Assembly: GCA_963771075.1 (NCBI GenBank)
Contig: CAVYSE010000024.1
Coordinates: 1 to 64,000, forward strand
DNA: 64,000 bases
Direction of reading: 5' to 3'
Origin: a candidate division FCPU426 bacterium
GTDB taxonomy: Bacteria; Oederibacteriota; Muellerivitia; Muellerivitales; Muellerivitaceae
How positions within the stretch are numbered: position 1 is the stretch's first letter; each line of letters opens with the position of its first letter. This document shows, piece after piece, positions 41,821 through 51,414 of this stretch. A model generated the notes under the pieces. That model was not told the DNA's origin. It did no database searches and saw nothing but the letters and a program-made list of their open reading frames with translations. The position numbers and the translations under genes are program-made.

Positions 41821-42165
41821 ATGAAACCAAATAATAAGAAAAGTCCCCGTGGCAAGCAAATTTTTGGGTTGCATTTGGAACACATCAAGGAAACCCACCC
41901 GCATCTGTACCGCGCCGTGAAAAACCCGACCCCCAAGGCCCGACTAGGCGCGAACGTCACGACTCTCCGGCTCAAGAAGGGAATGACGCGGGAACAACTG
42001 GCGGCCAAGGTGAAAATCGGGCATCACGCCCTGCGGAAGATCGAGGAATCCCACCCTTCCTCCAACCCCAGGTTGCACGTTATCGAACGGTTGGCCAAGG
42101 TCTTGAAGGTGGATGTTCTTGACCTCTACCGCTTCATTAACCTGGCCGAATCCGTCGTGCGTTGA
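41821..42165 (+). CDS. XRE-family helix-turn-helix protein
   Basis: LGANVTTLRLKKGMTREQLAAKVKIGHHALRKIEE…NPRLHVIERLAKVLKV. Confidence 0.8.
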   Translation: MKPNNKKSPRGKQIFGLHLEHIKETHPHLYRAVKNPTPKARLGANVTTLRLKKGMTREQLAAKVKIGHHALRKIEESHPSSNPRLHVIERLAKVLKVDVLDLYRFINLAESVVR

Positions 42166-42535
42166 GGGGGTGAAGAGGGGCTTGATTTGTCAAATGATGA
42201 TATATTTCGACAAAATTTGTTGAGTAAAAATTAGCGTGACAATAAAAGAGCGAGAATTGGACGCGAGATGGGTTGAATTGGCCGACAGTCGGCCAATTCA
42301 AATAAGGGTTTTGGGCTTTTTATTGTGCAACCGATTGTGCCAGTTCAAATGCCGACCGAATTGTCAGCGACGCTAACAATTAAGATAAGGGAATTTGGCA
42401 TTTTTTTAGATTGGGCCAAATCAGGGTTGGCTCGACCTACCGATGGGACCTAAACTCGCCACGGCGTGGCGAGTGACAATAGAGCCTGGCAAATTTAAAG
42501 GTCGGAAATTATGAATGAGGTGGGTTCTTTGGCGG

Positions 42536-42811
42536 TTAAGGGTGATGCTGGATGCGACCGTCGGCCACCTTATGGAGTACGCTGGAAATAAAGGTCTGGT
42601 AGGGAACGCCCTCCTCCATGGCCTTGAGCTGGATGGCTTTTAGGTCGTACTCGGACATGCGGATGTTCACCCGGCGGTTCTTTTTAAGCGTCTCGCGGGC
42701 ATAGGACTCGTAGCGCTTTTTTTCCGCCGAAAGGTTCTTGGAGCCCTTGAGCTTTCCCGATTCGTAATCCCGCAGGATCTCCGCCTCGTACTTGTCCATA
42801 TTATCATTCAT
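42536..42811 (-). CDS. Ribbon-helix-helix antitoxin (BrnA/CopG-like)
   Basis: KNRRVNIRMSEYDLKAIQLKAMEEGVPYQTFISSVLHK; GAGGTGA RBS. Confidence 0.8.
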   Translation of the reverse strand: MNDNMDKYEAEILRDYESGKLKGSKNLSAEKKRYESYARETLKKNRRVNIRMSEYDLKAIQLKAMEEGVPYQTFISSVLHKVADGRIQHHP

Positions 42812-43063
42812 TTGTCTCACCTCGCTTCTGGTGCTTCCGAAAGGCTTTCCGGCTGGGGATGATGGTGATCAAACGGATCTCTTCCCCCTATTCCTCGAAA
42901 GGGACCAGATAAACATAATCCTTAGCTTGTACGACGAAAATCCTTTGCCCTGGGTAATTTTGGGGGTTGGGGTGGTCCAATATTTCCAGGAGGCCGCCGG
43001 ATTGGACACACCAGACAATGGCCTCAAAAGAAACGGCCCTTTCCCGGAAGGGTATGGTTTCAC
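42804..43063 (-). pseudogene. BrnT-like toxin pseudogene
   Basis: RERAVSFEAIV…LLEILDHPNPQNYPGQRIFVV…YVYLVPFEE*GEEIRLITIIPSRKA; in-frame TAG at 42888-42890 and a frame break just after the GTG at 43063. Confidence 0.75.
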
Positions 43064-43070
43064 CGTGACA

Positions 43071-44582
43071 TCAAGACAGTGCAGCGGCTTCCAATATCTT
43101 TTCCGGTGTCGCGTCCTGATATCCAAACTCCGCCGTCATGCGGCCTTGATTCAATACGATCATGCGGTGGCAAAGGCCTTGGAACTCGGGTAAATCCGAC
43201 GAAACCAAGACGATGCCCAATCCCTGGGCAGCCAAACGGCCCATGAGTTCGTAAATCTCAGCCTTGGCGCCCACATCAATTCCGCGGGTGGGTTCATCCA
43301 GCAAAAGCACCTTGGGGTGGGTGGCTAGCCATTTGCCCAGAATCACCTTCTGCTGGTTGCCGCCTGAAAGTTTATTGGCCTCAGCCTGCAAGCTAGGGGT
43401 CTTGATGCGCATGGCGTTCACTTGTTCGTCGCAGATTTCGCCGACGGCGGTCCAATTGATCAGGCCCTTGGAAACCAGCTTGTGGAGGATGGTCAGAACC
43501 AGGTTTTCCTGAACCGAGGAACCTGGGACTAATCCAAACCGTTTGCGGTCTTCGCTGACCAAGGCCACGCCCTCGGCAATGGCTTCTTGGGGAGAAGTGA
43601 AGGGCCCCTTTTGCTTGCCGTTGATCTCCAATTGGCCTTCCATGCGGCCCCGGGAAGCACCAAAAAGCGAACTTAATAGCGCTGTTCTGCCCGCGCCCAT
43701 GAGGCCGCCGATGCCCAATATTTCGCCCTGTTTGACCTCGAAGGAAACGTTCTGTACCACAAAACGGCCGGGGTTGGCGGGGTCTTCCACGCTCATGTTC
43801 TTGACCGAAAGGATCACCGGGCCCGCCTGGGTTTGGGGGCGGGGATAGAGGCTTTCCACCTTGCGGCCCACCATGTGGCTGATGATCTGGTCCTGTGATA
43901 ATTCGCTTAAAGGCGCTGTGATGACCGATTTGCCGTCGCGCAATACAGTGACCCGGTCGGCGATCTGGCGCACTTCCTCCAGCCGGTGGCTGATGTAAAT
44001 GCAGGAAACACCTTGGGCTTTGAGATGCTTCAGGAAATCAAGAAGCCGGGCGGTGTCGGATTCGGTGAGGGCCGCCGTGGGCTCATCCAAAACCAGTATT
44101 TCTGCCTTCTTAGAAAGGGCCTTGGCGATCTCGATCATTTGTTGTTGGCCGATGCCCAGTTCTTTGACGGGTTGGTTCAATTCCAACTTCAGGTCCACCA
44201 GTTGAAGGGCTTCATGGGCGTAGGTTTGAACCTTGTCCCATTGGATGAAGCCATTCCGGGATGGTTCTTTGCCCAAGACCAGGTTCTCGGCCACGGACAG
44301 TTGGGGAACCAAAGCCAGTTCCTGAGCGATCAAAGCGATACCGGCTTCTTCCGAGCCTTTCAGGTCGTGGAAACGGACGGGCGTGTCTTTGAGTAGGATC
44401 TCGCCCTGGTAGGAACCTGAAGGGTGATAGCTGCAAAGCACCTTGATGAGGGTGCTTTTGCCCGCGCCGTTCTCGCCGCATAGGGCGTGGATCTCGCCTT
44501 TTTGCAAATCGAATGAAACCCCATCCAGCGCACGGACGCCAGGGAAGTCCTTGGTGATGTTTTTTAATTCAAGTAATGACAT
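43071..44582 (-). CDS. xylG: Xylose-type ABC transporter ATP-binding protein (two ABC domains)
   Basis: GENGAGKST, LDEPTAAL, ISHRL, LSGGNQQKV, LLDEPTRGIDVGAK. Confidence 0.93.
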   Translation of the reverse strand: MSLLELKNITKDFPGVRALDGVSFDLQKGEIHALCGENGAGKSTLIKVLCSYHPSGSYQGEILLKDTPVRFHDLKGSEEAGIALIAQELALVPQLSVAENLVLGKEPSRNGFIQWDKVQTYAHEALQLVDLKLELNQPVKELGIGQQQMIEIAKALSKKAEILVLDEPTAALTESDTARLLDFLKHLKAQGVSCIYISHRLEEVRQIADRVTVLRDGKSVITAPLSELSQDQIISHMVGRKVESLYPRPQTQAGPVILSVKNMSVEDPANPGRFVVQNVSFEVKQGEILGIGGLMGAGRTALLSSLFGASRGRMEGQLEINGKQKGPFTSPQEAIAEGVALVSEDRKRFGLVPGSSVQENLVLTILHKLVSKGLINWTAVGEICDEQVNAMRIKTPSLQAEANKLSGGNQQKVILGKWLATHPKVLLLDEPTRGIDVGAKAEIYELMGRLAAQGLGIVLVSSDLPEFQGLCHRMIVLNQGRMTAEFGYQDATPEKILEAAALS

Positions 44583-44614
44583 TCAAGCCTAGTGTTGTTT
44601 AGATTTTGTTTTCA

Positions 44615-44705
44615 CCTTCTCCCCTGGAGGGAGAAGGATTGGATGAGGGGGAGACTCCAATTTTAAGGTACCCCTCACCCTGCCCTCTCCCTCAAGGGGC
44701 GAGGG
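44615..44705. repeat. Inverted pair of REP-like hairpins
   Basis: CCTTCTCCCCTGGAGGGAGAAGG-ATTGGATGAGGGG … CCCCTCACCCTGCCCTCTCCCTCAAGGGGCGAGGG. Confidence 0.7.
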
Positions 44706-44742
44706 TTTGGGTTGTGCGTCTTGCCAATTCCTAGAGGTCTCC

Positions 44743-44820
44743 GTTGATAGCTCGCAGTTCGCGGTTCGCAGGAAAGTCTTAAAAGCTTGGCTGTCGACTG
44801 CGAACCGTCGACTGTGGACT
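44743..44820. repeat. Inverted heptamer arrays
   Basis: GTTGATA GCTCGCA GTTCGCG GTTCGCA … CTGTCGA CTGCGAA CCGTCGA CTGTGGA. Confidence 0.6.
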
Positions 44821-45826
44821 ACTTTTTGTAGACGTCTTCTTTTTTCTGGTAGCCATCCGCGATGACGGTGGAATCCATGTTGGCCTTATCCACCTCGACC
44901 GGTTCAATCAATATCGACGTAACGTCTTTCTTTCCGTTGTTGACCGTTGAAGTCGGGTCGGTGAGTGGTTGTTTATTCGCCATGGCCACCGCGATTTCCG
45001 CCGCCTTTTCCGCCAGTTTCTTGATGGGTTTATAAACCGTCATGCTCTGGGTGCCCGCCACGATGCGTTGGCAACCCGCCAGGTCGGCGTCTTGGCCTGA
45101 CACCAGCACCTTGCCCGCCAGGTTCTGCTCGGCCAGGGCCTGGATGGCGCCCCCCGCCGTGGCGTCGTTGGAAACCACCACCGCGTCCACCTGGTTATGG
45201 TTCTTGGTCAGGGCGTTTTCCATGATCTGCAGGGCCTTCACGGGCAGCCAATCGTCGGCCCATTGGTCGGCTACGATCTTGATATCGCCATTCTTCACCA
45301 GCGGTTCCAGCACGTTCATTTGGCCTTTTCGGAACAATAGGGCGTTGTTATCGGTGGGCGCCCCGCCAATCAAAACGTAATTTCCCTTGGGTTTGCGCTT
45401 GACCAGATAGTCCGCCTGGTATTCGCCCACCTTCACGTTGTCGAATGAAATGTAGAGGTCGAGGTCCGAATCCATGATCAGACGGTCATAGGCGATGACG
45501 GGTACGCCCGACTTGTGGGCCGCTTCCACGATGGTGGCGCAGCTTTTTCCGTTGTGGGGAACCACGACCAGCACATTCACCCCCTCGGTCAGCAGGTTTT
45601 CGGCCTGGGAATTCTGCAGGGCATCGTTGGAATTTGCGGCCTGAACCAGCACATCCACCCCCATTTCCTTGGCCTTGGCCACGAAAAGGTCCCGGTCATG
45701 CTGCCAGCGTTCTTCCTTGAGGGTATCGAGGGAGAGGCCGATCTTGATCTTGCCGCTCGAGGGTTTGCCGCATCCGGCCAGGATGACGATGGAAAGACTA
45801 AGCAGGGCCAGGCTTTTCAAACGCAT
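44819..45826 (-). CDS. xylF: D-xylose-type ABC substrate-binding lipoprotein
   Basis: LAG|C; EERWQHDRD, AYDRLI, SFDNVKVG, GGAPTDNNA, SNDATAGG, SGQDADL, QSMTVYKP. Confidence 0.9.
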   Translation of the reverse strand: MRLKSLALLSLSIVILAGCGKPSSGKIKIGLSLDTLKEERWQHDRDLFVAKAKEMGVDVLVQAANSNDALQNSQAENLLTEGVNVLVVVPHNGKSCATIVEAAHKSGVPVIAYDRLIMDSDLDLYISFDNVKVGEYQADYLVKRKPKGNYVLIGGAPTDNNALLFRKGQMNVLEPLVKNGDIKIVADQWADDWLPVKALQIMENALTKNHNQVDAVVVSNDATAGGAIQALAEQNLAGKVLVSGQDADLAGCQRIVAGTQSMTVYKPIKKLAEKAAEIAVAMANKQPLTDPTSTVNNGKKDVTSILIEPVEVDKANMDSTVIADGYQKKEDVYKK

Positions 45827-46156
45827 GGAGACCTCCAGGGGTGGGGATAAGCGGGACTAATTATAGACCAGGAGGGAGAGGAGTATAAAAGCTTAATAAA
45901 ACGGCCTATTTGAGATTAGTCCAATGTGTAATTGTTTAATTTCGTTTCATGCTGAATGTTCTTGTGAAATTTGCGGTAGAAAAAATGAGGGCCGGCATTC
46001 GAATTCTATGGTGAACCCTCCTTTGCCTTTATAATCCCTTCGCTACGAATCGTTCTTGAATGTGGACAGGATGGGTTTTGAAATTATTTTCAAATTAGAG
46101 GTCTTTCTTGGCGTCTTGGCGTCTAGGTGGTGAAAATTTGGTAAAGGAAATTCACG

Positions 46157-49048
46157 GTGAAAAAAATCACGCTATTGCTGTCGGCATTGATTCTTGTGAC
46201 ATTCCCGCAAGTTCGGGCCGAGGATAATTCCATGACCTCCCCGCGAGAGCATCTGCTGATGGATAAGGGCTGGCGCTTCGCCCTTGGCCACGCCACCGAC
46301 ACTTACCTGGATTACGGCCACGCCACCGGATTTTTCTCCTACTTCGCCAAGGCGGGCTACGGCGACGGTCCCGCCGCCCACAAGTTCGACGACCGGTCTT
46401 GGCGCCTTCTGGACCTTCCCCATGATTGGGCGGTGGAATTGCCTTTCTCGGAGAAGGCGAGCTACAGCCACGGCTTTAAGGCGTTGGGCAAGAACTTTCC
46501 CGCCGCCAGCATCGGCTGGTACCGCAAGCACTTCAATATTCCCGAATCCGACAAGGGCAAGCGCATCAGCCTGGAATTCGACGGGGTTTTTCGCGATTCG
46601 GTCGTGTGGGTGAACGGGATTTACTGCGGGCGCGAGCAGAGCGGCTATAACAATTTCCGTTACGACATCACCGACTACATCAACTGGGACGGGGATAATA
46701 CCGTCGCGGTGCGTGTGGACGCGAGCATGGAGGAAGGTTGGTTCTATGAGGGCGCGGGCATTTACCGCCACGTCTGGCTGACCAAAACGGAGCCTTTACA
46801 TATTGATTACAACGGCATCTTCGTGACCACCGAGACGGTCAAGGACAAGGCCGAGGTGACGGTGCGGACCACGATGGTGGGGGAACAAGAAAGCCCCGAG
46901 GCCTTCAAGATCGAGCAAACGATCCTGGACGCCGATGGGAAGGTGGTGGCGGAGGGCCGCGATGAGAAGGGCCAACTCAACCCCGGTGAGACAAAACAAT
47001 ATTCGGTCAAGATCAAGGTGCCCCATCCCCAGCTATGGTCCCTAGAGACACCCACCCTCTACAAGGTCGTGACTAAAGTTGTATCCGGCGGCAAGGTGCT
47101 CGACCAAACCGAGACAACCTTCGGCATCCGCACCCTCACCTTTGACCCGAATAAAGGGTTTTTCCTCAACGGCAAGCGGGTGGAACTGAAGGGCACATGC
47201 AACCACCAGGACCACGCGGGGGTCGGGGCGGCCCTGTCGGACGCCATGCAAACCTACCGCATCCAGCGCCTGAAGGAATTCGGCTGTAACGCTTATCGTT
47301 GCTCGCACAACCCGCCCACGCCCGAACTGCTCGACGCCTGCGATCGGCTGGGCATGCTGGTGTTGGTGGAAAACCGGCTCATGGGTACCAGCCCGGAACT
47401 TCTGGACCGCCTGAAAAGACTTATTGTTCTGGATCGCAACCACCCATGCGTTTTCGCATGGTCCATCGGCAATGAGGAATGGGGCATCGAATACAACAAT
47501 CTGGGGGCCCAGATCTCGGCATCCATGCAGGATTTCGTGATGGGCCTGGACCCGTCCCGCCGGGTGACCCAGGCCATCGACGGAGGGTGGGGCCAGGGTT
47601 CTTCCACCGTGATTGACGTGATGGGCTACAACTATTACGCGCACGGAAGCACGGATGATTTCCACAAGAAATATCCTGAAAAGTCCAGTTTCGCGACCGA
47701 GGAAAGCACCACCAACCAGACCCGGGGTATTTATGAGACGGACAAGCCCGCCTGCCACATGGAACCCTCGGACATGACGGGAAAGGGAACCAGCATTGAG
47801 ACGGTTTGGAAATATTACGTGGAACGACCCTACCTGGGCGGCCTTTTCCTTTGGACGGGTTTCGATTACCGGGGCGAGGAGACGCCCTTTACCTACCCCG
47901 CCATCAGTACCCAATACGGCGTGCTCGACACCTGCGGGTTCCTCAAGGATTGCGGCTACTACCTGAAGGCCTGGTGGACGGACGAACCGGTCCTGATCCT
48001 TTCCCCCCATTGGAATTGGAAGGGCAAGGAAGGCCAGAACATCCTGGTGAAGGCCTACAGCAATTGCGAAGAAGTGGAGCTGTTCCTCAACGACAAGAGC
48101 CTGGGCAAACAGACCATGCCCGCCAATTCCCATTTGGAATGGCAAGTGCCCTACGCGCCGGGGGTCTTATCCGCCAAGGGTTACAAGGGGGGCCAGGTGG
48201 CCGCCACGGCCAAGGAGGAAACGGCCGGGAACCCGGTATCGGTGGTATTGCAACCCGATAAGACCCGGATCCACGCCGATGGGGATGACATTTCCGTCGT
48301 GACGGTACAGGTGACCGACGCGTTGGGGAGGGTGGTACCTACCGCCTCCAACTTGATCCGCTTTAGCCTGGACGGGCCCGGGCAGATCATCGGGGTGGGT
48401 AATGGCGACCCCTCCTGCCATGAGGCTGACCGTTCCATCGATACCGTGACCCAGGTCCGAATCGAGGGCCTGAAGATGCTGGACGGGGGCGATTTGGGCA
48501 AAAGGCCCGAGGTTGAATTCGGGTTTGATGATTCCAAATGGGCCGACCTGTTCCAAGGACGTCATGACGACCAGGGCCACGTTTCCCCGGACAAGCCCTC
48601 CAACCGGGTCATTCGGGGCCATTTCGACCTGCCCAGCTTGGATGATTACAGCGAAATCATCCTTTACCCCAAGACCTTGGCGGAGGACCAGGCCCTATAC
48701 GTGAACGGGCAGTTGATCGCCGATAAGATCAAGCGGGACGCCCCCAATGACGGGTTCCCCCTTCCCAAGACCATCCTGAAGAAGGGCCGTAACGTCTACG
48801 CGGTGGTGGGACCGGAACTGCTAAGAAGGCAAACCTGGGAGGAACTCAACAACGATCCCGGATCGATCCGAACCGTCATCCCGGCGAAACCCTATCAACG
48901 AAGCCTCTTTATGGGCTTGGCCCAGGTGATCGTCCAGGGGACCGAAAAACCGGGAACCCTGACCCTCAAGGCCGAAGGGGATGGCCTGTCGGGGGCGGAA
49001 CTGAAGATAGATGCCCAGGAGGCGACTTTAAGGGCTTCGGTACCGTGA
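46157..49048 (+). CDS. GH2 beta-galactosidase (secreted)
   Basis: LPHDWAVE, GWYRK.F, FDGVF, WFYEGAGIYRHV, KGTCNHQDHAGVG, NAYRCSHNPP, RNHP…WSIGNEE, WTGFDYRGE, GVGNGDP. Confidence 0.92.
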   Translation: MKKITLLLSALILVTFPQVRAEDNSMTSPREHLLMDKGWRFALGHATDTYLDYGHATGFFSYFAKAGYGDGPAAHKFDDRSWRLLDLPHDWAVELPFSEKASYSHGFKALGKNFPAASIGWYRKHFNIPESDKGKRISLEFDGVFRDSVVWVNGIYCGREQSGYNNFRYDITDYINWDGDNTVAVRVDASMEEGWFYEGAGIYRHVWLTKTEPLHIDYNGIFVTTETVKDKAEVTVRTTMVGEQESPEAFKIEQTILDADGKVVAEGRDEKGQLNPGETKQYSVKIKVPHPQLWSLETPTLYKVVTKVVSGGKVLDQTETTFGIRTLTFDPNKGFFLNGKRVELKGTCNHQDHAGVGAALSDAMQTYRIQRLKEFGCNAYRCSHNPPTPELLDACDRLGMLVLVENRLMGTSPELLDRLKRLIVLDRNHPCVFAWSIGNEEWGIEYNNLGAQISASMQDFVMGLDPSRRVTQAIDGGWGQGSSTVIDVMGYNYYAHGSTDDFHKKYPEKSSFATEESTTNQTRGIYETDKPACHMEPSDMTGKGTSIETVWKYYVERPYLGGLFLWTGFDYRGEETPFTYPAISTQYGVLDTCGFLKDCGYYLKAWWTDEPVLILSPHWNWKGKEGQNILVKAYSNCEEVELFLNDKSLGKQTMPANSHLEWQVPYAPGVLSAKGYKGGQVAATAKEETAGNPVSVVLQPDKTRIHADGDDISVVTVQVTDALGRVVPTASNLIRFSLDGPGQIIGVGNGDPSCHEADRSIDTVTQVRIEGLKMLDGGDLGKRPEVEFGFDDSKWADLFQGRHDDQGHVSPDKPSNRVIRGHFDLPSLDDYSEIILYPKTLAEDQALYVNGQLIADKIKRDAPNDGFPLPKTILKKGRNVYAVVGPELLRRQTWEELNNDPGSIRTVIPAKPYQRSLFMGLAQVIVQGTEKPGTLTLKAEGDGLSGAELKIDAQEATLRASVP

Positions 49049-49130
49049 TCACGAGGAGCTACCCTGTTATTCTTCCGGGTATAATGGATTAAGATTGTTA
49101 ACCCGAAAGGGTTCTTCAAGAGGGTCCTCC

Positions 49131-49358
49131 ATGATGAAAAACACAGGATATTGGCGGCAATGGGAAGATGGTTTCATAAGTCGGGAACCCGCCGATTTCG
49201 AAAAGAATCTCCGCTTGATGGAAGCCATGTACGAGGAAACGAAAGCCCTGAAAGTTCAAGTTTCGGAAGATCCTTTGGCGGGCCTCGGCCCGGTTATCTT
49301 TTACGCGAAAGCGATTAATGTTCGAACCCCTACTCATTCAACTCGCCAGGGAGCTTGA
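49131..49358 (+). CDS. Small hypothetical protein, probable partner of downstream nucleotidyltransferase
   Basis: 75 aa, overlaps the next gene; TATAAT at ~49080. Confidence 0.55.
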   Translation: MMKNTGYWRQWEDGFISREPADFEKNLRLMEAMYEETKALKVQVSEDPLAGLGPVIFYAKAINVRTPTHSTRQGA

Positions 49359-49874
49359 CCGGCGCGCCATCCCCTACAGGGTCATCGGGGGCCAGGCGGT
49401 CCTTATTTATGGGGAGCCCCGGTTTACCCGCGACATTGACGTCACCTCGGGGGTGGGCCCCGACCGGTTGAATGACATTCTTGACCTGGTTAAGGTTTCG
49501 GGTTGGAAGTCTTGGTTCAATCACCTTCGGAATTTGTCTCTAAAACAATGGTTCTGCCATGCCGGGAAAGCCAAGGTGAAATACGCATCGATTTTATTTT
49601 TTCCTTTTCCCCCTATGAAAACCAGGCCATGGATCGGGTCCGGCGAATCCCTTTGGGCGGTCAGGAGGTCCGCTTTGCCTCCCCGGAAGACTTGGTCATT
49701 CACAAGGTTGTGGCCGGGCGGCCGCGGGATTTGGAAGACATCCGGAATGTGCTGCTGAAAAATCCTTCCATTGACAAGGTTTATATCCGCCGGTGGCTGG
49801 GGGATTTTTCCAAGACCTTGGATCAGCCATTGTCGGAGAGGTTCGAGGAAGTGATGAAAGAACCTGGAATTTAA
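49318..49874 (+). CDS. Nucleotidyltransferase-fold protein, frameshift at ~49507
   Basis: YRVIGGQAV..YGEPRFTRDIDV, then RIDFIF…SPEDLVIHKVVAGRPRDLEDI in the second frame. Confidence 0.75.
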
Positions 49875-49906
49875 GCTTGGGATTAGCTGAACCTGGAGGA
49901 TGTGAC

Positions 49907-50656
49907 TTGCCCAATGAGCCGATCCACCTGGTGGTGGGGACCCCCTGCTACGGGGGCCAGATCACTGTTTCCAACTTTACCTCGGCCCTGAGGCTGAGGG
50001 ACTATTGCGGCAGGAACGGCATCCGCCTGTCTTTCGCCATGCCCTGGGGGGATGCCCTGGTCACCCGGGCCCGGCAAAGCATCGCGGCCTTTTTCCTCGA
50101 GGAACCTACCGCCACCCATCTTCTCTTCGTGGACGCCGACATCAGTTACCAGGTGGACCAGGTCCTTCGCCTCCTCAACCACGACAAGGACGTTTGCGCC
50201 GGGCTCTATCCCCTCAAAAAATACGATTGGGAGATGGTCCGCAAGAGGATCCAGGCGGGATATCCCCATCCGGAATCCGCGGGGCTTTCCTACGTCATCC
50301 AACTGGAAGACCAATATGAGACGGTCAACGGCTTCGCCAAGGTGGCCTGGGCGGGAACCGGATTCCTATTGATCAAGCGTTCGGTCTTCGAGGCCATGTC
50401 CAAACGCTACCCCGAGTTGAGGTACAAGGCCCCGGGCCTGAGGGGCGAAAGGGAACATTACGCCTTCTTTAACTGCCTCATTGATGAGAAGGGGGATTAC
50501 CTTTCGGAGGATTACAGTTTTTGCAAACGCTGGATCGGGATGGGCGGGGAGATATGGGCGGACCTGCGCAGCAAACTGAACCACACGGGCCCGGAAACCT
50601 TTCGGGGGGATGTGGCCCAAAATTTCACGCCCTTTGATCCCAAGGACCCCTCGTGA
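49907..50656 (+). CDS. GT-A-fold glycosyltransferase-like protein
   Basis: GTPCYGG, LVTRAR, HLLFVDADI, GTGFLLIKR, SEDYSFC.RW, LNHTG; TTG start after GGAGGA. Confidence 0.75.
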   Translation: MPNEPIHLVVGTPCYGGQITVSNFTSALRLRDYCGRNGIRLSFAMPWGDALVTRARQSIAAFFLEEPTATHLLFVDADISYQVDQVLRLLNHDKDVCAGLYPLKKYDWEMVRKRIQAGYPHPESAGLSYVIQLEDQYETVNGFAKVAWAGTGFLLIKRSVFEAMSKRYPELRYKAPGLRGEREHYAFFNCLIDEKGDYLSEDYSFCKRWIGMGGEIWADLRSKLNHTGPETFRGDVAQNFTPFDPKDPS

Positions 50657-51414
50657 AAAACGACCAGCCCCCCTATCTCATGATCGGGACCCCCGCCTAC
50701 GGGGGCCAGCTTTCGGCGGTTTACGCCACCTCCGTGCTTCGATTCATGGAAACCTGCCGGGTAAGGCCCAACCTCCAGATCGAGGTGGCGGTGCAATGGG
50801 GGGACGCCCTAGTGTCCCGGGCCCGCCAGGACCTGGTGACCCGGTTCATCGAAACGCCCCAATCCACCCACCTGCTCTTCGTGGATTCGGACATCGGGTT
50901 CTCGCCCGAACAGGTCTTCCGGCTCCTGGATTTTGACGTGGAAATGGCGGCGGGAGTCTACCCCTACAAACGCCTGGATATCGGCCGGTTGGGTCAGGTC
51001 AGTGAAAAGAAGACACCCGTTCAAACCCCGGACCTGTGGTATTACGGGGTAGAGTTCGAGGACCCCGCCAAGATCATCGTGAAGGATGGTTTCGCCAAGG
51101 CCCTTTACGCCGGCATGGGATTCGTGATGTTCAGGAAATCGGTCTTTTTGAAAATGATCCAAGGATATCCCGAACTCAAATACACGGGCGGGTTCCTCGC
51201 CACGGACGCGTTTCCTAAAAGCGAGAACCGGTACGCCCTTTTCAACGAATTCATAGATGAAAAGACGGGTCACTACCTTCCCGAAGACCTGAGCTTCAGC
51301 CGCCGGTGGACCCGGTTGGGCGGGGAAATATGGGTGGATACGCGAAGCCAGCTCCAGCACGTGGGACCGACCGTTTTTGACGGTGACTTTTCGACGCAGT
51401 TCAAAAACCTTTAA
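50653..51414 (+). CDS. GT-A-fold glycosyltransferase-like protein (paralog)
   Basis: GTPAYGG, LVSRAR, HLLFVDSDI, GMGFVMFRK, PEDLSFS.RW, LQHVG; 4-nt overlap. Confidence 0.75.
   Translation: MKNDQPPYLMIGTPAYGGQLSAVYATSVLRFMETCRVRPNLQIEVAVQWGDALVSRARQDLVTRFIETPQSTHLLFVDSDIGFSPEQVFRLLDFDVEMAAGVYPYKRLDIGRLGQVSEKKTPVQTPDLWYYGVEFEDPAKIIVKDGFAKALYAGMGFVMFRKSVFLKMIQGYPELKYTGGFLATDAFPKSENRYALFNEFIDEKTGHYLPEDLSFSRRWTRLGGEIWVDTRSQLQHVGPTVFDGDFSTQFKNL

Noticed and set aside
40917..43070. Integron cassette array or IS element
   Set aside because: No integrase or transposase, no convincing attC core sites and no terminal inverted repeats recognised.
42869..43126. 85-aa - strand ORF listed in the track
   Set aside because: Out-of-frame overlay of the xylG end and the toxin pseudogene.
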